A stretch of 64,000 nucleotides of DNA. Origin: Rhodothermales bacterium (lineage in GTDB: Bacteria > Bacteroidota > Rhodothermia > Rhodothermales > Bin80). The translations under genes and the position numbers were made by a program. Position 1 is the first letter of the stretch, and the number at the start of each line of letters is the position of its first letter. The stretch lies in the NCBI GenBank assembly GCA_965220365.1, contig OZ244823.1:3429125-3493124 (forward strand), written 5' to 3'. Of the stretch, positions 48,130 through 57,632 are shown in pieces. Under the pieces are notes generated by a model. The model searched no databases and was not told where the DNA came from. It worked only from the letters and a program-made list of their open reading frames with translations.

Positions 48130-49718
48130 GAGCCTCTTGCAAAACTCCCAAATCGGGTGATTTTTTGAGGATTTTGGTTTTTCGAGGATTCTGGTTCTAT
48201 CTGGAGGGCCTTTGATCTGATTGGGGTCTGCGACTTGTTTTCCAAGACGTTTGTCGACTCAAAAACGAGGGACAGGAGCCTCCAAATTCGTATCTTTGGG
48301 AGGTACGAACTCATCAAAAAAACGCGGAGGCTCCGATGTCCCTCAGAAAGAAATTACGCGGATTTTATATTTCCTGTCAGCAAGAGTTGTTCCCTCAGGT
48401 TGAGCAGCATTACGGTTTGCTTCCGAGGCGGTACAGGACGTTGTTGTACGTCTTCGAGATGGTGGAGGTGGAGAACTTTTTGCCCCGTCCGGTGCTGCGT
48501 GCGCCGGGGCGTCCGCAGGCGCATCGCGCCTCGCTTGCCCGGTCGTTTTTGGCCAAGATGGTGTTGAATATTCCCACGACGGCTGGCTTGCATGAGCGCT
48601 TGCTTTCCGAGAAGATGCTTCGGTCTCTGTGTGGTTGGTCCCGTTCGTGTGATGTCCCCAGTGCCTCCACGTTTTCGCGTGCATTCCAGGAATTTGCTGC
48701 GACCGCACTGCCCTCTCGGCTCCATGAGGCACGGATCCAAAAAAACTGTCAGGAGCGTCTGATTGGGCATATTTCCCGGGATTCAACGGCGATTGAAGCG
48801 CGTGAGAAGGCCGTGCCAAAGAAAAAGAAGCCCGCCCCGGTGGCCCACAAACGTGGGCGTCCAAAAAAGGGAGAAGAACGTCCAAAGGCGCCCAAACGTC
48901 TGGTACGCCAGCGTACGATGACGCTGGAGGAGATGTTGGACGATTTGCCAAAAGAATGTACGGTTTCGTGCAAACGCAATGCGAAAGGGGTTACGCAGTC
49001 CTGGACGGGATATAAACTGCATATGGATGTTGCAGACGGCGGGATTCCCATCAGTGGTCTGGTCACCTCGGCATCGCTCCATGACAGTCAGGCCGCCCTT
49101 CCATTGGCAACCCTGACGGCCCAGCGGGTCGATCACTGTTATGATCTCATGGACAGCGCCTATGACGCGAAGGCGATTCATGCCCATAGTCGGGCCTCGG
49201 GGCAGGTGCCGATCATTGATTCGAATCCCCGGACGCGAACCGCGGCGCACCGTCGTGAGAAAAAGGCACAGCGTACGGCCGGGTTTACCCCACCGGAGCG
49301 GGTACGTTACCGGGAACGTTCCACGGTCGAGCGGGCCTTTGGACGACTCAAAGATGAGTTTGGCGCACGTCATGTCCGAGTGCGTGGCTATCAGAAGGTG
49401 ATGTGCCATCTGATGTTTGCCATCGTGGTGCTCACCGTGGATCAATTACTGCGGCTGATCCAATAAACCAGACGAGTCGCGCCAGCCGATAGAATTTGGG
49501 GTGTTCGGAAATACGAACCGTAGGATCGGTACGTGAACTTCCAACGGATCAGAGGCAAAATTCACCCCATCGAGGCTTGCCTGGAAGCAAATCGCGCATA
49601 GATTTGAGGCAGAAACGAACCGATGTCCATCCTTCACGTAACTTCAGCAAATTGGATTGACTTATGCCTCAAAGTAGACGGGGAATCGGGGGCGAAAAAA
49701 GAGTTTTGCAAGAGGCTC
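48130..49718 (+). mobile_element. Second DDE insertion sequence (1589 bp; IS5/IS1182-like), 67 bp from the IS5 element
   Basis: Perfect 18-bp terminal inverted repeats: GAGCCTCTTGCAAAACTC (48130-48147) and GAGTTTTGCAAGAGGCTC (49701-49718). Encloses one transposase ORF. I could not define the target duplication with confidence. Confidence 0.7.
48336..49466 (+). CDS. DDE transposase (DUF772-like N-terminal domain plus IS4/IS5-type DDE domain)
   Basis: 376 aa. Contains LARSFLAKMVLNIPTTAGLHERL...CGW...VPSASTFSRAF (InsH-N/DUF772-like) and the catalytic contexts ISRDSTAIEA, YDLMDSAYDA and YRERSTVERAFGRLKDEFG. Confidence 0.8.
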   Translation: MSLRKKLRGFYISCQQELFPQVEQHYGLLPRRYRTLLYVFEMVEVENFLPRPVLRAPGRPQAHRASLARSFLAKMVLNIPTTAGLHERLLSEKMLRSLCGWSRSCDVPSASTFSRAFQEFAATALPSRLHEARIQKNCQERLIGHISRDSTAIEAREKAVPKKKKPAPVAHKRGRPKKGEERPKAPKRLVRQRTMTLEEMLDDLPKECTVSCKRNAKGVTQSWTGYKLHMDVADGGIPISGLVTSASLHDSQAALPLATLTAQRVDHCYDLMDSAYDAKAIHAHSRASGQVPIIDSNPRTRTAAHRREKKAQRTAGFTPPERVRYRERSTVERAFGRLKDEFGARHVRVRGYQKVMCHLMFAIVVLTVDQLLRLIQ

Positions 49719-49885
49719 ATGAGATTAGGAATTCCCAAATAGGTCCGATGTACGCATGTCCCTAGCCCCAGAGTTGGGGACGGAATTCGATCTCGGCCCT
49801 CTACAAAATGCAACAGAACCAATCTAAAGAAGCGGACCTGCGGACGCAGATGACACCTGAATAACCAGACACCCGGCGACCTGTC

Positions 49886-52018
49886 TTATATCTTCACAAT
49901 CGTGACTCCCGGGTTCACGTCCGAGCATTCAAATGCCTTGTTCACCTCGGTAGTTTTTAAGTAACTGTGGATCGCGCTACGCAGCGCGCCCGTGCCAGTG
50001 CCGTGAATGATTTCAACCGTAGATAAATTCGCACTGGCACCCTGATCCAGCAGCTTTTCTACCTCTGAAAGTGCCTCATGTACACGAAAACCCCGAAGAT
50101 CAATGTGGGTCTGGGGTACAGACACACGTACTTTGCCCTTCTGACGAAGCTTCGTTTGCTTGATGGGAGTGAGCCGCTTCAACGCAACCTTCATACGCAT
50201 ATTCCCGGCAGAAATCAGCGCATTACGCCCCTGAATAGATAGGATCTCACAGGGGGAATCCCCCGCATCGATGACGGCCTGCTGCCCTACTTCCAACTGA
50301 ACTGCAGGCAATGGATCTGCCTTCCCCGGTGCTCTGCGCACCGGGGAACTGGATGAAGGACGCGCAGAATTGTCTTGGGAAGCTGGCTCAGGTATCTTCA
50401 TAGAGGATTCCAGTTTGGAGATACGATCCCGATAACTTGCAATGAGGGACTCCAGCGTAACGCCCGGCTTGCCTAGAATTTGACGAGCCCGTGCCAGAAC
50501 AGCCGTATTGAACTTCATTCGACTGGCAATCCGAAAGGCGTACGATGAGCCGGGAAGCCCTTGTCGAAAAAGGAATGTCGGCCGCAGGGTGTCTTCATCA
50601 AAATCCATTGCCCCATTGACGACCCCCGCCGCTTCATGCGCATATGCCTTTAACGTACCGTGATGTGTGGTCACTACCGTCAGTGCTCCTGAAGCAGTAA
50701 AATGCTCTAATACTGCCTGTGCAAGTGCACCCCCTTCCGCTGGATCTGTACCCGTTCCGATCTCATCAACTAACATGAGCACGCCCTCTGCCGCCACCTC
50801 ACACATTTGCTGTAACCCAGCAATCCGTGCACTGAAAGTGGAGAGATCTCGTTCAATAGATTGTTCATCGCCAATTTCTACGAGAATCTGCGTGAAGGAC
50901 CCAAATATTGACTCAGGGTGCACAGGAATCGGAATACCGCATCCCAACATGACAAGCATTAACCCACACGTTTTCATGGCTACGGTCTTGCCTCCTGCAT
51001 TCGGGCCCGTAATGACTAGGGTTCGTGTTTCTCTATCAAGAGACAGAGTCAGTGGAACAATTTCTTTCGATTTGCCGGTTAGCAGCAGTGCCGGGTTTTT
51101 TCCTTCGCGAATTTCCAGTACCGGTTCCTCCGATAATTTTGGGACTACGCCTCCAAGCCTAATACTCAGTTGCGCCTTGGCATGCAGGAGATCGATCTTT
51201 CCCAGGATAACCAGATTTCGTTCAATCGTACTGGCATGCTCACGTACGCGTTTTGTGAGCTCTCGCAGGAGTCGTTCAATTTTCCGCTGCTCCTGCGCTT
51301 CCAATATCCGGACCTCGTTACCCAGGTCAAGACAGACCGCAGGCTCGAGGTACACGGTCTGCCCTGTCGCGGAGCTATCATGCACAAATCCTCGCATTTT
51401 TCGTTTCGCCTCTGCGCGTAGTGGAATGACCATCCGGCCAGCACGCATCGTCAGCTGATTCTCCGCAGCATAACCCTGCTGAATTGCCCGATTCAGTAAT
51501 TCGCGTAATTTTTCTCTGAGTGCCTGCTGACGCTGACGCAGCCTCCTACGAATTTGGCGCAACTCTGTCGATGCAGAGTCTTTTACTCTCCCATTTGAGT
51601 CAACGGTGCGCTCAATATGCTGCTCTAGTTCTTGCAGTAATCCAATCGGGCGAACTACCCTGGCTACGATAGCATAGCCTTCTCTGGAAAAAAATGTCCG
51701 TATTCGTCGGCTTGCTCGACAAACTCTACGCACCTCATCTAGAGATTCGGCATTGAGAATAGCTCCATCTGGATATGCCTGCTCAAGGTATGGACGTACA
51801 TCAATGAAATCCTGTAAAGGAAGCGTATCTCCGCGCAAGAGATGGCCTTGCAATGCATCCGTATGTGTTAGAGAAAGCCTTCGCGCCACTGAATCTGCTA
51901 CTGGACGCAGTGCATTGAGCTCTTCTGTCCCCATGGAACTCACCAACAATTCTTTCATCCACCGAAGCAGGGTATTGAAACCCAATTTTTCTGCCACTCT
52001 ATCCGAAACCATTTTCAT
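49886..52018 (-). CDS. mutS2: Endonuclease MutS2 (MutS-family ATPase with a C-terminal Smr domain)
   Basis: Walker A ITGPNAGGKT, MutS signature LVDEIGTGTDPAEG, and a C-terminal Smr domain (IDLRGFRVHEALSEVEKLLD...VEIIHGTGTGALRSAIHSYL). Confidence 0.85.
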   Translation of the reverse strand: MKMVSDRVAEKLGFNTLLRWMKELLVSSMGTEELNALRPVADSVARRLSLTHTDALQGHLLRGDTLPLQDFIDVRPYLEQAYPDGAILNAESLDEVRRVCRASRRIRTFFSREGYAIVARVVRPIGLLQELEQHIERTVDSNGRVKDSASTELRQIRRRLRQRQQALREKLRELLNRAIQQGYAAENQLTMRAGRMVIPLRAEAKRKMRGFVHDSSATGQTVYLEPAVCLDLGNEVRILEAQEQRKIERLLRELTKRVREHASTIERNLVILGKIDLLHAKAQLSIRLGGVVPKLSEEPVLEIREGKNPALLLTGKSKEIVPLTLSLDRETRTLVITGPNAGGKTVAMKTCGLMLVMLGCGIPIPVHPESIFGSFTQILVEIGDEQSIERDLSTFSARIAGLQQMCEVAAEGVLMLVDEIGTGTDPAEGGALAQAVLEHFTASGALTVVTTHHGTLKAYAHEAAGVVNGAMDFDEDTLRPTFLFRQGLPGSSYAFRIASRMKFNTAVLARARQILGKPGVTLESLIASYRDRISKLESSMKIPEPASQDNSARPSSSSPVRRAPGKADPLPAVQLEVGQQAVIDAGDSPCEILSIQGRNALISAGNMRMKVALKRLTPIKQTKLRQKGKVRVSVPQTHIDLRGFRVHEALSEVEKLLDQGASANLSTVEIIHGTGTGALRSAIHSYLKTTEVNKAFECSDVNPGVTIVKI

Positions 52019-52361
52019 TGCGACAAATCCAGTAACCCCGTTCCATTGAACTCTTACCCGAACCTAGTCAGCTCCATCCTCGCTGATCACACTGTAACTA
52101 TGAAAATCATACAGTGATGCGAATATCTAGAGCAAATCGTCCGCCGAGCCCTGAACTCCGAGCAGCGACATGACGTACTGATCCGCTACTTCCGCCACAC
52201 TACACTCCGGCAAAGCCCTTCTATCTCCAGTCGGTAGTGTACGTTAAGCGTGCACTCGCAAGACGGCCCAATCTGGGAGCCCAATAAACTCTCGGTGGTC
52301 ACACTTGAAGAGTCAATATTTATTACGTGACATCAGTCTAGATTATGATTAACATACTGGG

Positions 52362-52372
52362 GGAATATACCC
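52362..52372. repeat. 11-mer GGAATATACCC abutting the left end of IS4 copy A (outer repeat)
   Basis: Matches 10/11 with GGAGTATACCC at 61078-61088, abutting the right end of copy B. Confidence 0.65.
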
Positions 52373-53842
52373 CATAAGCGCTAACTTGTTTATGCACGAA
52401 AATAATTTTCAATTTGAGCGGTTCTTTTGCGGGAAGGCTCCTTCAGTCCGTCGGATATGGAGGTCCACTGCTGAATCATCGTGGTGAATCCGCAGATAGG
52501 TTCAATCGCTCGAATCACTTCATTCAAGGCGAACCTAAAATCTTTCCAAGGACTGTGCGGGTATCCGGTAGCCCCAGGGGGAAAAAGTTCGTGCGTGACG
52601 AACGATTTTTTCTGTGAGCAGTGCCACGAGGAGCTTTCCATAAAGCCACGCCTTTGCACTCTCTTCATCGGATTTTGGCAGATGGCCAAACTGAACCAGT
52701 GACTTGAATCTCTTAAAGACGAGTTCAATCTGCCACCTGAGGCGATACCCCTCAAGCACATCGGATGCAGAAAACCGGTCTACAGGAAAGGTTGTAAACA
52801 CGATCACATAACGTGCAAAGCATCGCGTTGCATCCAGTGGCTGTTTCCCTTTCCGCTGGGCATTCTGATCCATACGCCTGAGCGCCTTCTGAGTCGCTTC
52901 TTCTGTTTTTCGAAGCACACAAATACGTCCAGAGACCCCCGGTCCAGTTTTCGTCTTCACCTTCACACACCATTGTCCAATCTCCCCTGTGCGTGTGATG
53001 GATTCCACCGCGGATAATAAGTTGAATGCGCCCCCCGATTCCTGCTCAAAATGGAATGCCCCCGTGTTCACACGAACGGTCACATATCCCCCTGCGTTTC
53101 GAACGTATTCAATCCCATTCGCGGTGGAATATCCCCGGTCTGCCAGAATATAATCGCCTGGATGGACCGGAAAATGCTTGAAGGTTTCTGCACTCCCCTG
53201 CCCCTTGGTCGGCGTGAGCTTGAAGAAGTCACACCCGAAGGAAGGAAGCGTCACACTGTAATGCAATCTCCACTGGGATCCCGTTTTTCCTGGCTCACTC
53301 ACCACGGTGGCATCAAACGCGCGCATCTCATGTGCGGGATCCGATACGGCAATCCCATGTTCCTGAAACAGGGCCATACACAAGGCATAGAGCCAATCCC
53401 GGGATTTGCGCAAACGCTTCAGGAGCGCGACATCCGAGAGGTCCGCGATCTCCGCCTGACGGGCACGAACCACCGTTTCCCGTAATGAGTGTCCGCACCC
53501 CAAGTGGATGAGCAAGGTTCGAAGAAGCGCCTCGGCAGACTTGTCCTTACGCAGTCCCCGCAAGGCCCCAGTTTCTGCTGCTAGCTTCTCCCAGTTCTCA
53601 GGTAAAAATGAAAGCAATACCCCCCAGTCCTCACTAGTTGGGGCAGCGGTAGCGGTCCCCGGCATAAAATCTCTCCCAGCAGTCGTTTCGTTGTAGAATA
53701 TATCCAAGCAGAAGGACAATCGCAGCCACACAACTCAGAAAGTCCTTGTGGCGCTCCAACACAAAACCGGCTATCTTGCCTTCATCCCCCAGATATCGCA
53801 AAACTACAACAATATTCTAATCTGAACATGTTAGCGCTTATG
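52373..53842 (-). mobile_element. IS4-family insertion sequence, copy A (1470 bp)
   Basis: Perfect 13-bp termini (CATAAGCGCTAAC ... GTTAGCGCTTATG). Identical to copy B (59608-61077) apart from two substitutions I could find (52497 T/C and 52533 A/G). The left boundary is uncertain by up to 3 nt because of a C run. Confidence 0.85.
52535..53731 (-). CDS. IS4-family DDE transposase
   Basis: 398 aa. Contains the ILADRGY catalytic context and the IS4 Y(2)R(3)E(6)K signature in YRLRWQIELVFKRFK. Confidence 0.9.
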   Translation of the reverse strand: MWLRLSFCLDIFYNETTAGRDFMPGTATAAPTSEDWGVLLSFLPENWEKLAAETGALRGLRKDKSAEALLRTLLIHLGCGHSLRETVVRARQAEIADLSDVALLKRLRKSRDWLYALCMALFQEHGIAVSDPAHEMRAFDATVVSEPGKTGSQWRLHYSVTLPSFGCDFFKLTPTKGQGSAETFKHFPVHPGDYILADRGYSTANGIEYVRNAGGYVTVRVNTGAFHFEQESGGAFNLLSAVESITRTGEIGQWCVKVKTKTGPGVSGRICVLRKTEEATQKALRRMDQNAQRKGKQPLDATRCFARYVIVFTTFPVDRFSASDVLEGYRLRWQIELVFKRFKSLVQFGHLPKSDEESAKAWLYGKLLVALLTEKIVRHARTFSPWGYRIPAQSLERF

Positions 53843-53853
53843 CCCGTTTGCCC
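53843..53853. repeat. 11-mer CCCGTTTGCCC abutting the right end of IS4 copy A (inner repeat)
   Basis: Identical to 59597-59607, abutting the left end of copy B. Confidence 0.75.
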
Positions 53854-53951
53854 CCGCACCCCTGCAGCGGATCACCGGTGCGCTTGCTTGACCGTTCTTT
53901 GAACTCGTTCGGGTTGTACCGCGCGGGGCGCGCCGTCACCTGTTTGATCAT
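53854..53951 (-). pseudogene. N-terminal piece of the rolling-circle Rep-like gene (separated from the rest by the IS4-bracketed arrangement)
   Basis: The ATG at 53951 (minus) gives MIKQVTARPARYNPNEFKERSSKRTGDPLQGCGG.... It continues in frame into 59607 and downward once one IS4 copy plus one 11-mer are removed and the segment is circularised. Confidence 0.5.
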
Positions 53952-54060
53952 CAGCGTTTCCGTATCCGAACCGTATCGGAAAAATTCCGTATATTTGCTC
54001 AAACTTAGTCGCGCCCAAATCGGGCGATTTGAAAGCCGTTAATCCATCCCGGGACGCGGC

Positions 54061-54068
54061 TTTTTTTG
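54061..54068. repeat. 8-bp target-site duplication TTTTTTTG (left copy) of IS1595-type element 2
   Basis: Identical octamer at 56721-56728, immediately outside the inverted repeats. Confidence 0.8.
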
Positions 54069-54097
54069 GGGAATTATAACCGAAACTGTAACCAGAT

Positions 54098-54283
54098 TCA
54101 GGATTTTTGAATCTTTTGAACACTCGATTTTTTAGCATATTTGCCTTGATACAGAACCTTGTGAAACGCTTCCCGGAGCGTGATTCCATTATACTTCGGG
54201 TTCGTTACCGGTTTGTCCAGCAACTCATGGGGATTGCTGGTGACTGGAGTGGATGCGGGTTTGGGGTTTGTGGGATTATTCAT
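54098..54283 (-). CDS. Small conserved ORF (61 aa) at the left end of IS1595-type element 2
   Basis: MNNPTNPKPASTPVTSNPHELLDKPVTNPKYNGITLREAFHKVLYQGKYAKKSSVQKIQKS. The start overlaps the methyltransferase stop (TGATG). Position and the NP[RK]Y[GN]G[LI]T motif are shared with 9727-9900. Confidence 0.4.
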   Translation of the reverse strand: MNNPTNPKPASTPVTSNPHELLDKPVTNPKYNGITLREAFHKVLYQGKYAKKSSVQKIQKS

Positions 54284-55678
54284 CAGAGAAATAGCTGAGG
54301 TAACATGGCTTTGCCGGTATACGGATCATTCATCATTGGTAATCGGGGAAGACAATCATCGAAATAATCCTTGATCGACCAAATCTGCATCCGGGGATAG
54401 GAAGAGATACCAACCTGAATTTTACCCGTACTGATCATTTCCATTTTTGCACTCTTTGTACGGACTGGTCTAAGAGTTACATAACAGCCAAGCGCTGCCT
54501 GATCTCTTTTCGTAACCCCGATAAAGTCACGTAACCCGCTGAGACTGAACTTCCCGCCTTTGACTTGTGCAAGGGCCAGTTTTGATTTCAATTTCTTAGG
54601 CATCTCAGCAAGATATGCACGTCCATCTACCCCTCCATCCGCTACCTGTTTTGTATTTGGCACAAATCCTGGTAACCGTGTGATTGCCCAGGATTCAAAG
54701 TCAAAAGGCTTTTCTCCTGCCAGCTTTTCTGCTGATCTAAGATCATAGGGAATCCCGTAAACCGGTACACTTGAATCTTTCAACCTCTTGTCCCGCACCA
54801 AATCAATGGCAAAGGATGAGATGTCAATACCAACAAATTGTCTATTCAGGTTTTTAGCTGCCTCTACTGTTGTACCACACCCACAAAAAGGATCAAGCAC
54901 GATATCGTCCTTGTTGCTTGATGCTTTAATGATGCGTTCAAGTAGGGCCAGTGGCTTTTGGGTTGGATAGCCAAGTCGCTCCTTTGCCATGGCATTCAAG
55001 GATGGCATAGAGATCACATCGTCTGGTGTTTTTCCTTTTGGCATCGGTTTACCTGCTTGCCCACCTTTTGTATATCTCCATTCAGTCATTCCACTTGCAA
55101 AAGGAACTAATATGTCGTCTCGATTAAAACAGTAAACTTCACTCTTGGTGTAACAAAGCAAAATGTCATGCGATTTCGCAAATTGTTTTTTACCCCTGCT
55201 TGCATTTGCGTAGTGCCAAACAATTTCATTGCGAAATACCCCCCCCCGTATGCTTAACATATATAGCATCCATTACAACTTTCAGGTAATGACTGGCCGT
55301 TGGATCACAATGTAGATAAATACTTCCCGTGTCTTTCAACAACCGATGCATCTGCTCCAGGCGCTCAGCCATATAGGTCAGATAAGCCAACATCCCACAC
55401 TTTCCCAGGATCTGATGCAATCCACAAATTGCATCGTGAGCTTTTAATCCCGGCGCATTCTTATACCTCACCCATCTATCTTCAGCTGCTTCGTCCCATA
55501 CCCATGTATCTGTGAATGCACGGAACTGAGCATCTCCACCTCCGTCCCTATGATACAACTGGTTGTACGTTGCTTTGGAGTTGAACGGGGGGTCTAAGTA
55601 AATCAAGTCCACGGAACAATCATCCCATTGCTCTATCCAATCCAGACAATCCCCGTAGTATAATGCGTTTGGTTGCAT
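54283..55678 (-). pseudogene. Beta-class N6-adenine/N4-cytosine DNA methyltransferase fused to an Mrr-like PD-(D/E)xK domain; reading frame broken at a G9 tract
   Basis: The N-terminal ORF (55226-55678) has LIYLDPPFNS. The C-terminal ORF (54283-55269) has FRNEIVWHY and FCGCGTTVEAA, followed by FESWAI...DGGVDGRAY...LAQVKGGK. The two frames meet at the C9 run at 55239-55247 (G9 on the coding strand). Removing one G gives ...MDAIYVKHTGGVFRNEIVWHY.... Confidence 0.8.
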
Positions 55679-56649
55679 TAGGCTACAGGGTGATTCCTCT
55701 TTGCGATCAGATCTTCAAACTTGCACCGTTTCCCAACCATGCCTTGAACGATGGACTTCATCTGGTCGATCGTGTCCAACTCCCGGATATTGTGCTTTCC
55801 TGCGAACTGGTTCACATAGCGGTTCAGGTGTTTGACACTCATGCGGTGATAGGTACCATGGAACGCACGTTTGAATACAGCCCAAAAGGATTCTACTCCG
55901 TTCGTATGGGCTAAGTGGTTAATGGTCGTGGCAAGCGTCCATTCCTTACTGCTGTGGCATACCCAGAAGTGATCTGTAAGCCCCTGATAGCTACTGTGTT
56001 CATCCGTGAATACAGGGGCATCCTTTGCCCTGGTTTGCTCTACAAAGCCCTGTAACGTGCTTTTCGTAGTATCTGGAATAACTTGCGCTACGATCTGATT
56101 TGTTTCACGGTCTTTGGCACCTACAACGGCTACCTTCCCAACCGTGCCTCTGCCAGCGTTGAGTTTCTTGTCTTTGTGCTTGTTCTTTTCCAATCCACCG
56201 ATGTAGGTTTCGTCTACTTCAACCGGGCCATTGAAGGCGGTTTTAAGCCCGGGGATCAATCCTTCACGGATCCGGTGCAGCATATGCCACGCATTCTTCT
56301 GGGCGATATTCAAGTCCCGATGCAGTTTCATACTGGATACACCTTTGAGGCTGGTTGCTTCGAGAAAGATCGCCCAAACCCATTTCTGTAAGGGGATCTT
56401 GGTGCTTTGCAGCGCTGTGCCAGTCTTGACAGAGAAATACCGTTTGCAATCTCTGCACCGGTACGGCATCCGATTTCCGTTCTTGGTTCGATAGGTGTTT
56501 TCACGACCACAGCGAGGGCATTTACGGCCGTCCGGCCAGATCATGGCTTCAAACCATTTTTCGGCAGATGCTTCATCAGGAAACCATTTTCCCAATTGAA
56601 TCAGGCTGATGCCTTTTCGGTTTGAGCGTCCAGGTCCATTTGTTGCCAT
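55678..56649 (-). CDS. IS1595-family (ISXO2-like) DDE transposase with an N-terminal zinc ribbon
   Basis: CPRCGR...YRCRDCKRYFSVKTGT, SSMKLHRDLNIAQKNAWHMLHRIR, VDETYIGG..KNKH. Paralogue of 11475-12410. Its stop overlaps the methyltransferase start (TAATG). Confidence 0.9.
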   Translation of the reverse strand: MATNGPGRSNRKGISLIQLGKWFPDEASAEKWFEAMIWPDGRKCPRCGRENTYRTKNGNRMPYRCRDCKRYFSVKTGTALQSTKIPLQKWVWAIFLEATSLKGVSSMKLHRDLNIAQKNAWHMLHRIREGLIPGLKTAFNGPVEVDETYIGGLEKNKHKDKKLNAGRGTVGKVAVVGAKDRETNQIVAQVIPDTTKSTLQGFVEQTRAKDAPVFTDEHSSYQGLTDHFWVCHSSKEWTLATTINHLAHTNGVESFWAVFKRAFHGTYHRMSVKHLNRYVNQFAGKHNIRELDTIDQMKSIVQGMVGKRCKFEDLIAKRNHPVA

Positions 56650-56720
56650 TTTTCCATAACTTTGTTGTACCTAATATACGCAATATCTCAACAAAAGTTA
56701 CAGTTTCAGTTATAATTCCC

Positions 56721-56728
56721 TTTTTTTG
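56721..56728. repeat. 8-bp target-site duplication TTTTTTTG (right copy) of IS1595-type element 2
   Basis: Identical to 54061-54068. Confidence 0.8.
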
Positions 56729-56820
56729 GGGGGTTACGTGCGTGCAAATGCCATTACTGCAAGATACGAAAATTCCCGAATATGCGTCCATATAAAATAC
56801 TAGGGATTTCGCTTCGCGGA

Positions 56821-57191
56821 CAAGCCCTTGATGCGCGCTGACGCACGCAAATAAGCCCCCGGCCGCCAGATCGCGCGCACGCGGATCCGCGCGTCACGCC
56901 CGCGCGTTGTCCTGCAAAATGTGCCAGTTATCTAGAACAACTAGCACGATTCATGCAAATTCGTGCAGTTTCGCGGTGATTTTCAGTGATCATGCACCGA
57001 ATTGCGTACCGTTGGGCTGATTTCCAGAACACTCGTGTACTGACGTGCACTTTTGCACTGTACTGGATCGCTGTTGCGCCGTACACGTGCGTTTCTACCA
57101 AACACGCGGTACACATACGCCCCCGCTCGCGCTCAACTGCACGTCAGTTGCGTAGTGTACCGTGCTGTTGTGTGTTGACCGTATACCGTAC
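56821..57191. repeat. Conserved non-coding region, copy 2 (inverted paralogue of 13652-14063)
   Basis: CAAGCCCTTGATGCGCGCTGACGCACGCAAATAAGCCCCC is the exact reverse complement of 14024-14063, and further shared blocks are listed under copy 1. Lies directly downstream of the membrane-protein gene, as in copy 1. Confidence 0.6.
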
Positions 57192-57632
57192 CTAACCGCT
57201 TGTGTCCTCAGTCGGCACCGGACGCTTGAAGAATGATAGTTTGTAGCGTTGCCCGCGCCCACGATCATTGGGCATACCTATGAAATCAACCGTGATCCAC
57301 AGAAAAAAGAACCACGCATAAGCCCCCCAAGCATACCCCCCTATATTGTTCATCATAAGCCCAATGAAAAAAAAACCCGTTCCGCAAGTTATCCCCAAGC
57401 TCCATGCCGGACTAAAGCGTTCAATCTTTCTACTGAGGGGAAAATATAGCCACAAAGCTATGATTAGAATTATCGTAACTAGTGCGCCCAAAATTAGATC
57501 TGTGGCTGTGCCATTGTATGGATTCCCCCCGCCACCAAGATTTCCTCGGCCAATAGCTGCCCAATAAAAAACAAAACTGCCTGATGGAAGCCCCACAGAG
57601 TACCAAAGTCGAGTAAGTCGATTCATGATCAT
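57192..57632 (-). CDS. Small polytopic membrane protein, copy 2
   Basis: 146 aa, about 4 TM helices, ATGA overlap with the lipoprotein stop. Paralogue of 13238-13651. Confidence 0.6.
   Translation of the reverse strand: MIMNRLTRLWYSVGLPSGSFVFYWAAIGRGNLGGGGNPYNGTATDLILGALVTIILIIALWLYFPLSRKIERFSPAWSLGITCGTGFFFIGLMMNNIGGYAWGAYAWFFFLWITVDFIGMPNDRGRGQRYKLSFFKRPVPTEDTSG

Larger units (their letters stand above)
54069..56720 (-). mobile_element. IS1595-family 'transporter' insertion sequence 2 (2652 bp) carrying a DNA methyltransferase with an Mrr-like nuclease domain
   Basis: Terminal inverted repeats: GGGAATTATAACCGAAACTGTAACC (54069-54093) versus the reverse complement of 56696-56720 (GGGAATTATAACTGAAACTGTAACT), 23/25. 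Has an 8-bp TTTTTTTG duplication. The termini align without gaps to those of element 1. Confidence 0.8.

Noticed and set aside
48343-49445. Several 100-220-aa minus-strand ORFs (48343-48951, 48354-48770, 48783-49445).
   Set aside because: These are antisense shadows of the DDE transposase at 48336-49466. They are Arg/Pro-rich with no motifs.
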